Below, piece after piece: positions 8,432 to 18,847 of a stretch of DNA of 64,000 bases. The stretch is from positions 1-64,000 of the IMG/VR virus record IMGVR_UViG_3300029791_000002. The stretch is one strand, 5' to 3'. The notes below the pieces were generated by a model. It ran no database searches and was not told the origin of the DNA. It was given only the letters and a program-made list of their open reading frames with translations. Position 1 is the stretch's first letter; each line of letters begins with the position of its first letter. A program made the position numbers and the translations under genes. The stretch is from a virus.

Positions 8432-11400
8432 ATGGCGTCAACGTGTATTATTAAAAGAGATAATAAAAAGAAAGTTGTTTCTGTCTCTACCAGATCAGGG
8501 GACAGGTCTATGTTGTTTGATAAAATAGCATCTATTCCTCTTATGGAAAATAGGGAGCGGGCTACTACTGTTTTTAAAACCGTATTTTCTAATAAGTTCT
8601 TAAAGGCTTTTGGCGACTGGAGAAAGAGAGTGCCTATCAACAAACCGGCTTATAATAAGGTAAAATCCAACATCGATCTTATTCCGGAAGCCTATAGAGA
8701 AAGGGTGCTGGATAAGGCTTCTAAGATGAGTAATCCTGTTCTTGTGTCAAAATCAGATGCACCTTATGAAATCCGAGAATCGGGCTTTGGATTCTACAGC
8801 CAAGATCTGGGTGATAATATTATGTTGGTGGATGCTATGGTTCCGTCAAGTATTTCCGTACCGGAAGGACCTGGAATAGACGCCGGTCAGTATCTACAAG
8901 ATACTATATCTTCGGACTTCACCCCCGTATCTATGGTACAGGATAAGGGTGTTAATTATATGGTTATAAAAGACGGTCTTAAGATATTTAGCCCAGAAGA
9001 GTTACCACAGACAGATTCTAATCCTGTGGGTGTAACGTATCAGACCGGAGAGCCTCGTTTGTTTTTCATGAACGATCGTAATCAATTATTTGAAGATTAC
9101 GGAGAAGCTCTTCGCTCTGGCGGGAATGATATTAGAATAGGATTCTTGTCAGGCACCGTTCAAGAATCTGCCTGGGATGGCGTGGCAGACATTACTTACA
9201 AGGCTGGAAAGTATGTTCTTAATAATCCAAAATCTTTTATACCGGTCATGACCGCTTCTGCTTCCACTTCTTTATCAACAAAAGGTGGTATAATTAACTA
9301 CCTTATAAAGAAAGGTCTTTTGTCCGGATCTAAGATATTCGATCCTGAAACAAGAAGCTATTATCTTACAGGAGAAGGTCATACAGGACAAATTAGACTT
9401 TTCAATTCAGCCTTATCCTACACTGAGCTCCGTAATCATTTTGGTTCCGATGTTTCCATGAACGACCAAGGTATGATAACCATAAGCTCGTTGGATAACA
9501 GTAAGGTAACGATGAGACTCGCCACCGGAGGAACGGAAAGGGTTAGCAAAGAGCAGATAAAGAACGATCTTAAGTCAGGAAGATACAATGAATTGGACGC
9601 CAAGTACGATCATTTTGATGCGCTTGTAGTTTCATTCATATTAGAAGACAACGATCTTTATGCTGATACTAAAGCTAAGATCGTATCGGATTATAGCAGG
9701 CAGGAACGTGACCAACGAAATTCTATTGTCGAGATACTGAAAACTCTTGGCGTTAGTGTCATAGGTATGACCGACTATATAGAGAAGTACCAAACCAAAT
9801 ACGGGCATGAACCTTCTGCTAAGGCATTGGCGGATATTGCCAATAACGTAATAGCAGTTGGTGAAGATGCTACTTTATCCGATTTAGTAGAAGAAACAGC
9901 CCACTTCCTTGTAGAGGCATACAGAGATCAGAATGCTGTTGAGGCTGTTCTGCAAGATGTAGAAGGTACGGAAGAGTGGAACCAGTATGCAGGTCAGTAT
10001 TATAATACATACGGTAAGGTATATGAAGGATCTGAGCTTGATAATGCCGTTAGGAGAGAAATTCTTGGAAAGATCCTCGCCAGGGAGATGCAGACCGGCA
10101 CAGCGCAGGCGTCGGTAGAGCCCACCTCCTTCCTGGGGCGCGTCCGGCAGCTTCTCTCTGGAATCGTAAGCTGGCTTAAATCAGCTTTATCAACCCAAAG
10201 ACAAGATTTGAATAACGTTATTAAAAACATTCGTGATCTTGCCATTACTGACATAGATAAAGGATTTGACACCTCTCTGTTAAAGGATAATGACTTTACA
10301 TTATACTCCCTTTCTTCTATGAACAAGAACAAGTTTCTTGAGTCTAAGATCAGATCGCTAAGAAAAACATTAAGAGACTTACGTCAGATAAGCTCTGATA
10401 GGGCTGTAACTACGTCTATGACCCTTGCGCAGCTTAAGACCATAGAAGATAAGATAAATAAGGTAGAGACCGAAATAGACAAGAATGAGATGGCGGCTGC
10501 CATGAACAGCATGATCTCTACAGCCGAAGCTCAGGTCAGATACTTAAGCAATGTGGTGAACACCATCCTTCATGGTGATACCAAAGACGGCAAGCTTCAT
10601 TTCAATACCAATGATCGAAAGAACGTAGATATTATCAACAATCAGGTTCTTCCGATCATGAACGATCTTCGAGGATATATCCGTAACAGAAGTACCGAAT
10701 TTGATGAACGTGAAAAGCAGGATTATACAAATAGGATCAATACCGTCATTGCCGACATCAATGGTATTCAGTCTGATATTAAATCAGTACAAGACCTTGA
10801 TGAAAGCACGTTGCTTGATAAGTTAATGAACGAACTTCATGTGCCGGCAGATAAGGTAAAGAGAGTAAAAGAATTTTTCGACAAGGTTCAACACGATGTT
10901 TCTTGGATAAGTAGGTGGTTTGGTATATTAGAGCATTCTTCCAGTCCGTTCAATAACGCTCTTGGAGCTATGATTGCCAAAGACAATTACAATGCGATGG
11001 TGAATGCCCAGCCCGCCATATCCGATTTCCTGGCATATGCGAAAAAGCATGGTTTTAACAAATCTGAATTTGAAAAACTGCTTCAGAAAGTAGATGGCAA
11101 AACTTCTAATTACCTTCGTAGTGCTCTTGATATGGCTAAATACGATCGTAATAAGAAGCTGGCGCAGATGCGAGCGTTTGCGACTGCCATGAACATAGAG
11201 ATATCAGAAGAAGAAATTGGTGATGTGGTTGACAATAACCGTAATTACGTATTTAAAAGAGAAGTAGTTGACAAGGATGGAAATACGGTTACTGAAAACG
11301 CTAAATTCAAACCATCGTCTGATAGAGTTAATACCGATATTTTTACCATCGAGCAGGAAAAGATCTATACAGAGCAGATGGAAAAGTGGGATGCTGAAAA

Positions 11401-14400
11401 TTCGGAACTGGAATTTAGCGAAAGTTATGCCACAAGAATGGAATCCATATACAAAAAGGCTGAAGAAGAATTAGGGCATCCGGTTTCTCAAACAACCAAA
11501 GAATACCTTAATGCTCTATCCAGGCAAAAACGGATATTGAGGCAGCCTTTTATTGATAGCGGTGGTAATTTTGATGAGGTTGCCTATTTTAAAAGCAGCA
11601 ATTACGAAGAAGAAGGACTGCTTCGTAAACAACGTAAGGAAGCAGCTTCAGAATACATATATGTAGGAACCAGGAGAGTGGAAAAAACCGGCGACCAACT
11701 TAAGATGGCTAAAGAAATACAAGCTATAAATGAAGTTTGGAGAAAGGAATCAAATAATGTTACCAATGCCGTATCAGAATCGTTTTTGCAAAAATTAAGA
11801 ACGATTCAGAGCGAGTCGGGAGGAGAAGCTGCGCTGAAGACACTTATGTTGGGAGGTCACCTGTCGTTCAATGATCGGTTTTGGAATGAAGTAGAATCGG
11901 AACAGTCGGCGCGTACCGAATCAAATAACAAGGCTTCGTATCTTAAAATGGCGCATGATATCATTAGTTCTACGACAAGTGATAGAGATGCGACTGACGT
12001 GGATTCGATTGTGAAAGATATAGAAAAAAATAAGGCCATTATCAAGGAAATAATCGGAAACAACCGAGATGTGGCTGATATCGGAGAAATTAACGAAGCG
12101 ACATTTACCTCATCTGAAAGAGATGCTTTTAGGGCCGCATCTGAAGCTATTGAAGCTGATTACGCTATCTTAATAGATTATGCTAAGATGGTGGGTCTTG
12201 AAGATATTGATAAGTACCTTACTAAAAGCAGTAAGGCCGAAAACGAAGTAAATCAGTCTTATTTAAATGCTCTTGCTGACTCCAAGGAAGTGGAATGGAA
12301 GTTCGTACAACGTCATACTACGGCGAAGAAAGCAAAAAGGATTCAGGCTTTAAGGGATAAGCTGTTTAAGGCTGCTGATAACCGATATCTGTTTACCGTA
12401 TCTGAAACCAACTACCTGTCAGAAAAGCTTGGTATAAGCAAAGAATTAGACGGTAGAGATTTCAGGAATGCTGTTAATGCTAAGATGGCCAGCTTGTTTT
12501 TAAATAATACAAGAGAAGAGGGCATAGAAGAGACCAATGCTATTGTTAATGAATTTGCCAGGAGCCAGGTCTTTTCGTACTATAAACGCATGGCGCCTAC
12601 CGGATATGCGGCCATGATCGACAAAATAGGTCGAGGTGAGATAGATGTGGCGCAGATGGTTAAGGACGTACAAAACGGTACATCCACCCAAGATTATGGC
12701 ATGGACATATCGTACCTGTCTTTCGATCCTGCAAGGGCATGGGTGGCTGAATCTGAAGCCGAAAATAGCGGCCGTAATCCTGATTATGTAAAAGATCATG
12801 GGTATGGTCATCGAATGCCTAAGAAAAGCCTGTATCGTGATGAATCGTATTTCAATGACTTTGGTATCAAGTATGATGCTGACGGTAATGAAGTTGCTAC
12901 TAAAAACGTAGAGCAGTGGAATATGATTCAAAAACTCAAGGAAATAAAAAGACAATCGCTTGATCTATACAAAGAGCAGAGTCCTAATCTGTATGCTATT
13001 CCACAGATATCAAAACAAGACATAGAACGTGTAGAAGGATTGGGTATTAACTTCAAAAATACGGTTCGTAATTTTGTATCAGATCTGTGCCTGGACAGAG
13101 TAGACGATTCTCTATATGGTAAGACCAGGCAAGGGGAAGTATATGATCCGGAAGACAGACTTAGGTCTATACCTAAATACTACATATATGAGTTGGAGAA
13201 CCAAGATGATGTATCTCACGATTTTGGCTACTCTTATTCGATGCTTATGATGCAGTCATCGTTATATAACGAAAAGCAGAAGTCTATAGAGCTTGCCCAA
13301 GGACTGGAGCAGATGTTACTGAATAAACAATTTGAAGGCGGTAAGAAGGCTGAAGCAACCCAAGCATATCAGATGTTCAGGGACTTCTTCAACGATCATT
13401 ATTATGGCATTAGGATGAACACCAAAAAACTTACGGTGAACATCGGAGGATATACGGTAGACCTTACAAGAATTATGATGGCTGTTGAAAGATTTATGTC
13501 GGTTATGAACCTGGCACTGTCTCCGTTTGTGGCAGCTACCGGCGCCCTGACAGGTCATATCAACCTCATCATGGAATCTGCCGTAGGACAGTATATAAGC
13601 AAAGACTCCCTTAAATACGCATCGGCTGAGTTTTCACGTCTTGCGCCATCTTGTATAGCAGAAACCGGAGACATAGATAGGAAAAGCAAATTATATGTCA
13701 TAGGTGAGAGAATGGGGATATTCAATATCCGAAATCGTATGTATGGTGCCGGATACAATAGAGCGGCCAGGACCTTAATGCGTTCGCCTATGTATGCTTT
13801 TATGGAAATCCTGAACTACCCTCTTGATCCGCAGGTTATGATTGCTACTATGGACAATGTTCGTTATTACAAAGGCCGGTTCTACACGTTCCAAGATTTC
13901 AAGATGGAAAAAGAACGCAATAAAGAACAGAGTACCATAAAAAGAGAATGGAACGCATTAAAAGATCGTACTTTATGGAGTATGGTAGACGTCGTGGATG
14001 GGAAGGTGGTTGTAAAGCCAGGATCGGGTGTTACTGTTGAGGAAGTAGAAACCCAGATGGCTATAACCAGAAATCAAGTTCGTAGCTTGTCGCAGATATG
14101 CAACGGATCTTTGAATGAAGAAAACCGAACTGCCGCATCGCGCAACTGGATAGCCAGGTTCATGACCGCCCACCGAGGATGGTTGGTGCTGTCGGCTCAA
14201 CGTCTGTGGAAAAGACGTGGCTTCAATTTCCAGACAATGCAAGAAGAGGAAGGGTTGTCAATTACGTTAAAGAATATGATAGCCAAAACATTTAGCCTGG
14301 CTTCCGAGTCTGGTATGAAAAACATCATAGATGCCTGGAATGAAAATAAAGACAATATGAATGAGGTAGAAAAAACCAATCTCAAACGTCTCAGTGTCTA

Positions 14401-14854
14401 TGCCGGCACGTTCCTTATCATGCAGGCCGTATCTATGCTTCTTGCCGGATGGCGTGATGATGATGAAAACGAAGAAAGTTGGCTTACTCAATTTGGATCC
14501 TATGTCGGATTCAGAACCATAAACGAAATAGCTTCACAGATGCCGTTTATTATGGAGCTTAACGTGGTAGATATCATTAACGATCCGTTTGTTATGGGGC
14601 GAAAACTGAAGGATCTTACCGATCTTAGGAATTATTCACTTGATAAAGTAACATCCGGTACATACAAGGGAGAGTCTAAGTTATTTAGGCAACTCGCCAA
14701 ACAGACGTTTATCAAACAATGGTATAATATCAAGACGCCGGAAGACGTAGCGCGCGCCTATAATTGGTGGCAGCAGACGAACAACAAGTCAATGATGTTC
14801 TTCATCGGCGCTACTCCTGATTCGGAAGGGGACGATGATGTTAGCTACAAGTAG
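8432..14854 (+). CDS. giant 2140-aa protein of unknown function (candidate virion-packaged/ejected protein)
   Basis: Single 6.4-kb ORF ending at a strong terminator; mixed alpha/coiled-coil composition; no polymerase or enzymatic motif recognised by eye. Confidence 0.8.
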   Translation: MASTCIIKRDNKKKVVSVSTRSGDRSMLFDKIASIPLMENRERATTVFKTVFSNKFLKAFGDWRKRVPINKPAYNKVKSNIDLIPEAYRERVLDKASKMSNPVLVSKSDAPYEIRESGFGFYSQDLGDNIMLVDAMVPSSISVPEGPGIDAGQYLQDTISSDFTPVSMVQDKGVNYMVIKDGLKIFSPEELPQTDSNPVGVTYQTGEPRLFFMNDRNQLFEDYGEALRSGGNDIRIGFLSGTVQESAWDGVADITYKAGKYVLNNPKSFIPVMTASASTSLSTKGGIINYLIKKGLLSGSKIFDPETRSYYLTGEGHTGQIRLFNSALSYTELRNHFGSDVSMNDQGMITISSLDNSKVTMRLATGGTERVSKEQIKNDLKSGRYNELDAKYDHFDALVVSFILEDNDLYADTKAKIVSDYSRQERDQRNSIVEILKTLGVSVIGMTDYIEKYQTKYGHEPSAKALADIANNVIAVGEDATLSDLVEETAHFLVEAYRDQNAVEAVLQDVEGTEEWNQYAGQYYNTYGKVYEGSELDNAVRREILGKILAREMQTGTAQASVEPTSFLGRVRQLLSGIVSWLKSALSTQRQDLNNVIKNIRDLAITDIDKGFDTSLLKDNDFTLYSLSSMNKNKFLESKIRSLRKTLRDLRQISSDRAVTTSMTLAQLKTIEDKINKVETEIDKNEMAAAMNSMISTAEAQVRYLSNVVNTILHGDTKDGKLHFNTNDRKNVDIINNQVLPIMNDLRGYIRNRSTEFDEREKQDYTNRINTVIADINGIQSDIKSVQDLDESTLLDKLMNELHVPADKVKRVKEFFDKVQHDVSWISRWFGILEHSSSPFNNALGAMIAKDNYNAMVNAQPAISDFLAYAKKHGFNKSEFEKLLQKVDGKTSNYLRSALDMAKYDRNKKLAQMRAFATAMNIEISEEEIGDVVDNNRNYVFKREVVDKDGNTVTENAKFKPSSDRVNTDIFTIEQEKIYTEQMEKWDAENSELEFSESYATRMESIYKKAEEELGHPVSQTTKEYLNALSRQKRILRQPFIDSGGNFDEVAYFKSSNYEEEGLLRKQRKEAASEYIYVGTRRVEKTGDQLKMAKEIQAINEVWRKESNNVTNAVSESFLQKLRTIQSESGGEAALKTLMLGGHLSFNDRFWNEVESEQSARTESNNKASYLKMAHDIISSTTSDRDATDVDSIVKDIEKNKAIIKEIIGNNRDVADIGEINEATFTSSERDAFRAASEAIEADYAILIDYAKMVGLEDIDKYLTKSSKAENEVNQSYLNALADSKEVEWKFVQRHTTAKKAKRIQALRDKLFKAADNRYLFTVSETNYLSEKLGISKELDGRDFRNAVNAKMASLFLNNTREEGIEETNAIVNEFARSQVFSYYKRMAPTGYAAMIDKIGRGEIDVAQMVKDVQNGTSTQDYGMDISYLSFDPARAWVAESEAENSGRNPDYVKDHGYGHRMPKKSLYRDESYFNDFGIKYDADGNEVATKNVEQWNMIQKLKEIKRQSLDLYKEQSPNLYAIPQISKQDIERVEGLGINFKNTVRNFVSDLCLDRVDDSLYGKTRQGEVYDPEDRLRSIPKYYIYELENQDDVSHDFGYSYSMLMMQSSLYNEKQKSIELAQGLEQMLLNKQFEGGKKAEATQAYQMFRDFFNDHYYGIRMNTKKLTVNIGGYTVDLTRIMMAVERFMSVMNLALSPFVAATGALTGHINLIMESAVGQYISKDSLKYASAEFSRLAPSCIAETGDIDRKSKLYVIGERMGIFNIRNRMYGAGYNRAARTLMRSPMYAFMEILNYPLDPQVMIATMDNVRYYKGRFYTFQDFKMEKERNKEQSTIKREWNALKDRTLWSMVDVVDGKVVVKPGSGVTVEEVETQMAITRNQVRSLSQICNGSLNEENRTAASRNWIARFMTAHRGWLVLSAQRLWKRRGFNFQTMQEEEGLSITLKNMIAKTFSLASESGMKNIIDAWNENKDNMNEVEKTNLKRLSVYAGTFLIMQAVSMLLAGWRDDDENEESWLTQFGSYVGFRTINEIASQMPFIMELNVVDIINDPFVMGRKLKDLTDLRNYSLDKVTSGTYKGESKLFRQLAKQTFIKQWYNIKTPEDVARAYNWWQQTNNKSMMFFIGATPDSEGDDDVSYK

Positions 14855-14990
14855 ACGAAGAATATCGGACTTGCATTGTTTTTGTATGATTCCAATATGT
14901 TATATTAGCATCGTCAAAGAGTAGATTGTACGTTTTTTGTTCTTACTTGAAAGATTATGTAGGTTTAATTTTTTCTGAAATTGTTTTCCT

Positions 14991-15033
14991 ACCGGTTCTC
15001 AGTCAGAGATGATAGAGAACCGGTTTCTTTTGT
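14991..15033 (+). terminator. strong intrinsic terminator at the convergence point of the two blocks
   Basis: Perfect 10-bp stem ACCGGTTCTC/GAGAACCGGT with 13-nt loop followed by TTCTTTTGTT. Confidence 0.7.
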
Positions 15034-15065
15034 TATGAAAAAAAGGTATATAATTACCTAAGTCT

Positions 15066-15554
15066 CTAAGCATTAACTTCATGACCTTCCCTATCTGTGA
15101 AAACTAAACCAATACCTTCTATGATATATCCTACTACAGGAGCTTTGTCAAATTCCTCCTTCGTAGCCCAGGTAGCATTATCAGGCATCAGATCCTTAAA
15201 TGCGTCCGAAACATCACCTTGGCACCAGCAGTTATTTGATACAACAATGCCTTTCCCTTCGATATTGATATACATCTTTCTTCCACCGCATCCAAGGCTG
15301 TTCCATCCGCTCGGTACGTTTTTCACCATAGGCTTAAGCACCCAGCTTTTACCGTCTATCCTAACCCATCCAGGATCGTCTTTGTGCTTGTCGTACATAT
15401 TTTGCCAAAAAGAGCATTCGTAGCACCATCCCCTGTCTTCCATGACCGTTCTTATCTCACACCTTTCAAATCCATCTGCATCCATCGTGTGCGGAGAATG
15501 AGGCTGGTGAGGGGTGCCACATTTTGGACATACGAGTTTCAAATTATTTTTCAT
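15066..15554 (-). CDS. Cys-rich hypothetical protein (162 aa)
   Basis: ORF; CPKCG and several further Cys/His suggest metal binding. Confidence 0.5.
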   Translation of the reverse strand: MKNNLKLVCPKCGTPHQPHSPHTMDADGFERCEIRTVMEDRGWCYECSFWQNMYDKHKDDPGWVRIDGKSWVLKPMVKNVPSGWNSLGCGGRKMYINIEGKGIVVSNNCWCQGDVSDAFKDLMPDNATWATKEEFDKAPVVGYIIEGIGLVFTDREGHEVNA

Positions 15555-15555
15555 A

Positions 15556-15792
15556 TTATTTCACTTTTACGATTTTAATAGAATCTCCTATATTGTATTC
15601 CCCTTGGTATCCAACGAATTTTATAAGCCTATTATTATAAAATATTGAAATTCTTTCGTCTTCACCATAATACATTATACATCCATCTTCTAAAGGACGT
15701 AAATCATATATAACCCATCCGTTATTAACCTGACTATCATCATGCGAACATGATGATAACACAAGTGCCATCAATAAAACAAAATACCTCAT
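15556..15792 (-). CDS. small putative lipoprotein (78 aa)
   Basis: N-terminal signal MRYFVLLMALVLSSC with lipobox-like LSSC. Confidence 0.45.
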   Translation of the reverse strand: MRYFVLLMALVLSSCSHDDSQVNNGWVIYDLRPLEDGCIMYYGEDERISIFYNNRLIKFVGYQGEYNIGDSIKIVKVK

Positions 15793-15799
15793 GTTATTT

Positions 15800-15991
15800 T
15801 CAACATAAAAATTTATAACCTGGTTTTACTGCCTCTGCTTCTTCTCTCGTATCAAACATTAATGTAGTAGTTGATTCTGTACCTTCACAAATGTAAGATA
15901 CTTCCACCCACCACCTAAAAATCCCAGAGCCATAATCATCATAGTACGGCTCAGAAAGAACTTCTTCTACATACCCATCCAAATAATTCAT
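15800..15991 (-). CDS. hypothetical protein (63 aa)
   Basis: ORF tiling. Confidence 0.35.
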   Translation of the reverse strand: MNYLDGYVEEVLSEPYYDDYGSGIFRWWVEVSYICEGTESTTTLMFDTREEAEAVKPGYKFLC

Positions 15992-16734
15992 GATCGCTCC
16001 TCCTTATTTTTAGATTCTGATTCTTCGAGTATGCTAATTACCTTATCGACAATATCCGAATCAGACATTTTCTCAATAAAAACATCCATTGCCTTAGTTA
16101 TGTTATTGGCTTCTTTTTCTTCAAGAGCTATTTCTCCACCGGTAATAGCATCAGACAATGATGTAGATAAGTGTCTTATCTTATCAATGCTCATAAACGT
16201 AAATGGATTACCACCTTGACCTCCACCCATTTCTTTCATGATCTGATATCCACCTGAGATAAGTCTGCCTGATGTCGTAGCCAAGGAGGATACGATTAGG
16301 GACAGTACCGCCGCTTCCGTCCGCTCCTCGGACACACCCCTCGACCACACGGCTGCCCTTATAGCGCCGGCCAGGTCGTCTATGTATGGCATGAGGCAAT
16401 CTTCCATCGCTTGTGTTATATCAGCTATAACCTCACTACGCTCTTTATTTATGTAGTAGATAGAAGCATTGTACCTCTTTATCTCTTTGTCCATATCATT
16501 CAAAAATCGTTTGACATTATGTTTGTACATAGGACCACCCTTAATCACTTCCTTCAGCTTAAGAATGTAATTATAAGCCTGGTCGTTTACGAACAACGTC
16601 ATGGTTTCAACCGTCGAATGAAGCGTGTTGAGGCTGTTAAGAATCTTATCGAAATTGTTTATCAAATAAGCTCTTCTGGCTTTTGCTGCGTAGTTAATGT
16701 TATTAAAATTATTCATTTTATTCATTAGATTCAA
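15988..16734 (-). CDS. hypothetical protein (248 aa; annotated start is TTG, first ATG at 16725)
   Basis: ORF immediately downstream of tnpB; contains a ~90-bp GC-rich island (16296-16385). Confidence 0.55.
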   Translation of the reverse strand: MNLMNKMNNFNNINYAAKARRAYLINNFDKILNSLNTLHSTVETMTLFVNDQAYNYILKLKEVIKGGPMYKHNVKRFLNDMDKEIKRYNASIYYINKERSEVIADITQAMEDCLMPYIDDLAGAIRAAVWSRGVSEERTEAAVLSLIVSSLATTSGRLISGGYQIMKEMGGGQGGNPFTFMSIDKIRHLSTSLSDAITGGEIALEEKEANNITKAMDVFIEKMSDSDIVDKVISILEESESKNKEERS

Positions 16735-16741
16735 CCTTATA

Positions 16742-17932
16742 TCACAAAATATTTATTCTAACCGGATTAAACACAAATCCACTATCGATTATCTTTCCAA
16801 TGAAAGAATCACCGACTACTTTTCTTGCTATTCCTATAGCTCCATTAATATCAGCATTAATTAGCTTTCCAACGGAACTTTGGAATAATCCACGTTTCTT
16901 TCTTTTCCCTAAATAGGATTCTTGTTTCTTTAGAGGTTCAAAAGCAAGATGGTCAATCTTTGATGTGTAAGATTCCTCATGAGTAATTACCTCTATCCCT
17001 AAAAGATTTGCTTTGTAAACAATCTTATCAATCAATTTAGAATGAGGAATAGAAACAAAATGTTGGTTATTCCTTTTACCGATATTTATCTCGTTTTTCC
17101 ATTCTTTGTTTAATCCAATGATGATTGTTCCTATATTGTTAGATTTACAAAAGTCTACAATGTATCTACTGATTTTATGCAATTTGTCTTCTATCCAACA
17201 ATTTCTAAACAAAGTAATTTTTCTTATTCTATTTGAAGTTCCCTTATTACCAACAAAAGACATCAACTTAGCTTTCTTCTTATTGTACCACTGATTTACT
17301 GATTTCATAACCCGTCCGTTTATAATGAAAGAATTAGTTTCTACATTACTAATACATGAACATAAATTATTCAATCCTAAATCAATCGAAAGAAAATTGT
17401 CTTTGTTTAAACCAAGATCAGTTTCCTTTCTTTCATAAACTACCTCTACTACATAACATGTAGCTTGAGGGATTATTCTAACTTGTTTTAGTTCGTCTTT
17501 CTTTACATTTGTTTTGATAGGTTTGATTATATCTTTAACAAAATAAATACAATTATCACCCTTTACCCTACAATTGCAGTTGGTGAAAACAACCATGTTT
17601 TGTTTCTTACCTTGTTTGTATGATGGAAGGTGAGGTCTATGATTTCCGTATTTAGAAGGATTCTTTTCAAAATCCTTCTTGAGTTTTATCCAGGATTTTA
17701 TGTTTTTAAATACCTGTTTAATCACCTGTTGGGATACATGATTAGGTAAATTCCTGAAATCGAATTGGTTTTCTTTGCAAAGTTTGTTTGATAAATCAAA
17801 TTCCTTTAAATAGTTACCTGAAAAGATTCCTTGACGAATGTTGTAAAGAACATAATTATATAACAAGCCGGATTTGAAGCAAATATCCTCAAACCGGTTG
17901 TCTTTAACTATATGCCTTTCAACTAATCTCAT
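16742..17932 (-). CDS. tnpB: TnpB-family RuvC-like nuclease (IS200/IS605 OrfB / OMEGA effector), zinc-finger-less
   Basis: Collinear with ISDra2 TnpB. RuvC-I SIDLGLNN and RuvC-II LLGIEVITHEE are present, then ESYTSK (YTSQ motif) and RuvC-III NADINGAIGIARK. The expected CxxC...CxxC zinc finger between RuvC-II and RuvC-III is replaced by a Lys-rich Cys-less segment. Confidence 0.85.
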   Translation of the reverse strand: MRLVERHIVKDNRFEDICFKSGLLYNYVLYNIRQGIFSGNYLKEFDLSNKLCKENQFDFRNLPNHVSQQVIKQVFKNIKSWIKLKKDFEKNPSKYGNHRPHLPSYKQGKKQNMVVFTNCNCRVKGDNCIYFVKDIIKPIKTNVKKDELKQVRIIPQATCYVVEVVYERKETDLGLNKDNFLSIDLGLNNLCSCISNVETNSFIINGRVMKSVNQWYNKKKAKLMSFVGNKGTSNRIRKITLFRNCWIEDKLHKISRYIVDFCKSNNIGTIIIGLNKEWKNEINIGKRNNQHFVSIPHSKLIDKIVYKANLLGIEVITHEESYTSKIDHLAFEPLKKQESYLGKRKKRGLFQSSVGKLINADINGAIGIARKVVGDSFIGKIIDSGFVFNPVRINIL

Positions 17933-17985
17933 TTGAATGATTTATATCGTAAATGTAATCGTTATTTGTAAAATAATCAAATTAT

Positions 17986-18528
17986 TCAATCATCGCATTC
18001 AAATTTTAGATTTTCAAGTTCATGTATTTGTAACTTAAGAGACTTAATTAAATCCGTTCTCTGTTCCTCTGCATGTTTTAAAGCCTCTTCCTTGCTTTCA
18101 AAAGCACAATCCCCTATCTGATAAGGGGTGTAACGACCAGGAGTGTCGGCTAATAAAAGACCACCACAATCTTCTATTCTGGCTTTTACCTTTCTTATTT
18201 TCCCATCTTTTAGACACATGTCTGTAACCCATACGAATTTACCATATAATTTATCATACTCTTCTGATCTCTCTTCTTGCAATTCATACCATTTAGGCTT
18301 AGGAAATCTTAATGTGAATTTAACCTCAGTATCTTTTTCTAAGACATTAATATCGTATGCTTCCGGCCACAGCTCTTTTATGCTGTCTTCGTCTTCGGCA
18401 TACGCTACAAGTATGAATGAATCATCGGATTCACCACTACACCAATATGGATATTTTATAGGCCATTTGACTGGACGGTAGTCGTTACCGCAGTCGGATT
18501 TTTTAATGTAAAATCTTGCTCTAATCAT
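17986..18528 (-). CDS. hypothetical protein (180 aa)
   Basis: ORF. Confidence 0.55.
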   Translation of the reverse strand: MIRARFYIKKSDCGNDYRPVKWPIKYPYWCSGESDDSFILVAYAEDEDSIKELWPEAYDINVLEKDTEVKFTLRFPKPKWYELQEERSEEYDKLYGKFVWVTDMCLKDGKIRKVKARIEDCGGLLLADTPGRYTPYQIGDCAFESKEEALKHAEEQRTDLIKSLKLQIHELENLKFECDD

Positions 18529-18535
18529 ATCGTTA

Positions 18536-18847
18536 TTAATCTGATAATTTTTCTATTTTAATTAATTTTGATGATAGATACATATTCCATTTCCCTCTGC
18601 CTCTGTCACCTTTTTCGTTTTGTTTTTGGATTGTCAAGTACAGATCTCCGTCTTCACATACTTCAACTTTTTTCAAGAAGCCTATCATTTCATCTCCTGC
18701 TTCGTGTAAAATACGGATCTTATCTCCTTCTTTTAACCCATAATTGGAATCAAAATATTCTTTTTTGATTCTATCAATGTTGTCTTTATGGTTTTTTATA
18801 GCATAAAGCTCTTTTCTTAATAAATAATTTAGTTGTTCTATTGTCAT
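18536..18847 (-). CDS. hypothetical protein (103 aa)
   Basis: ORF. Confidence 0.5.
   Translation of the reverse strand: MTIEQLNYLLRKELYAIKNHKDNIDRIKKEYFDSNYGLKEGDKIRILHEAGDEMIGFLKKVEVCEDGDLYLTIQKQNEKGDRGRGKWNMYLSSKLIKIEKLSD

Noticed and set aside
12500-14491. Several 60-150 aa − ORFs inside the 2140-aa gene (for example 12500-12955, 13973-14242)
   Set aside because: Nested antisense ORFs within a long uninterrupted + ORF; no start context or motifs.
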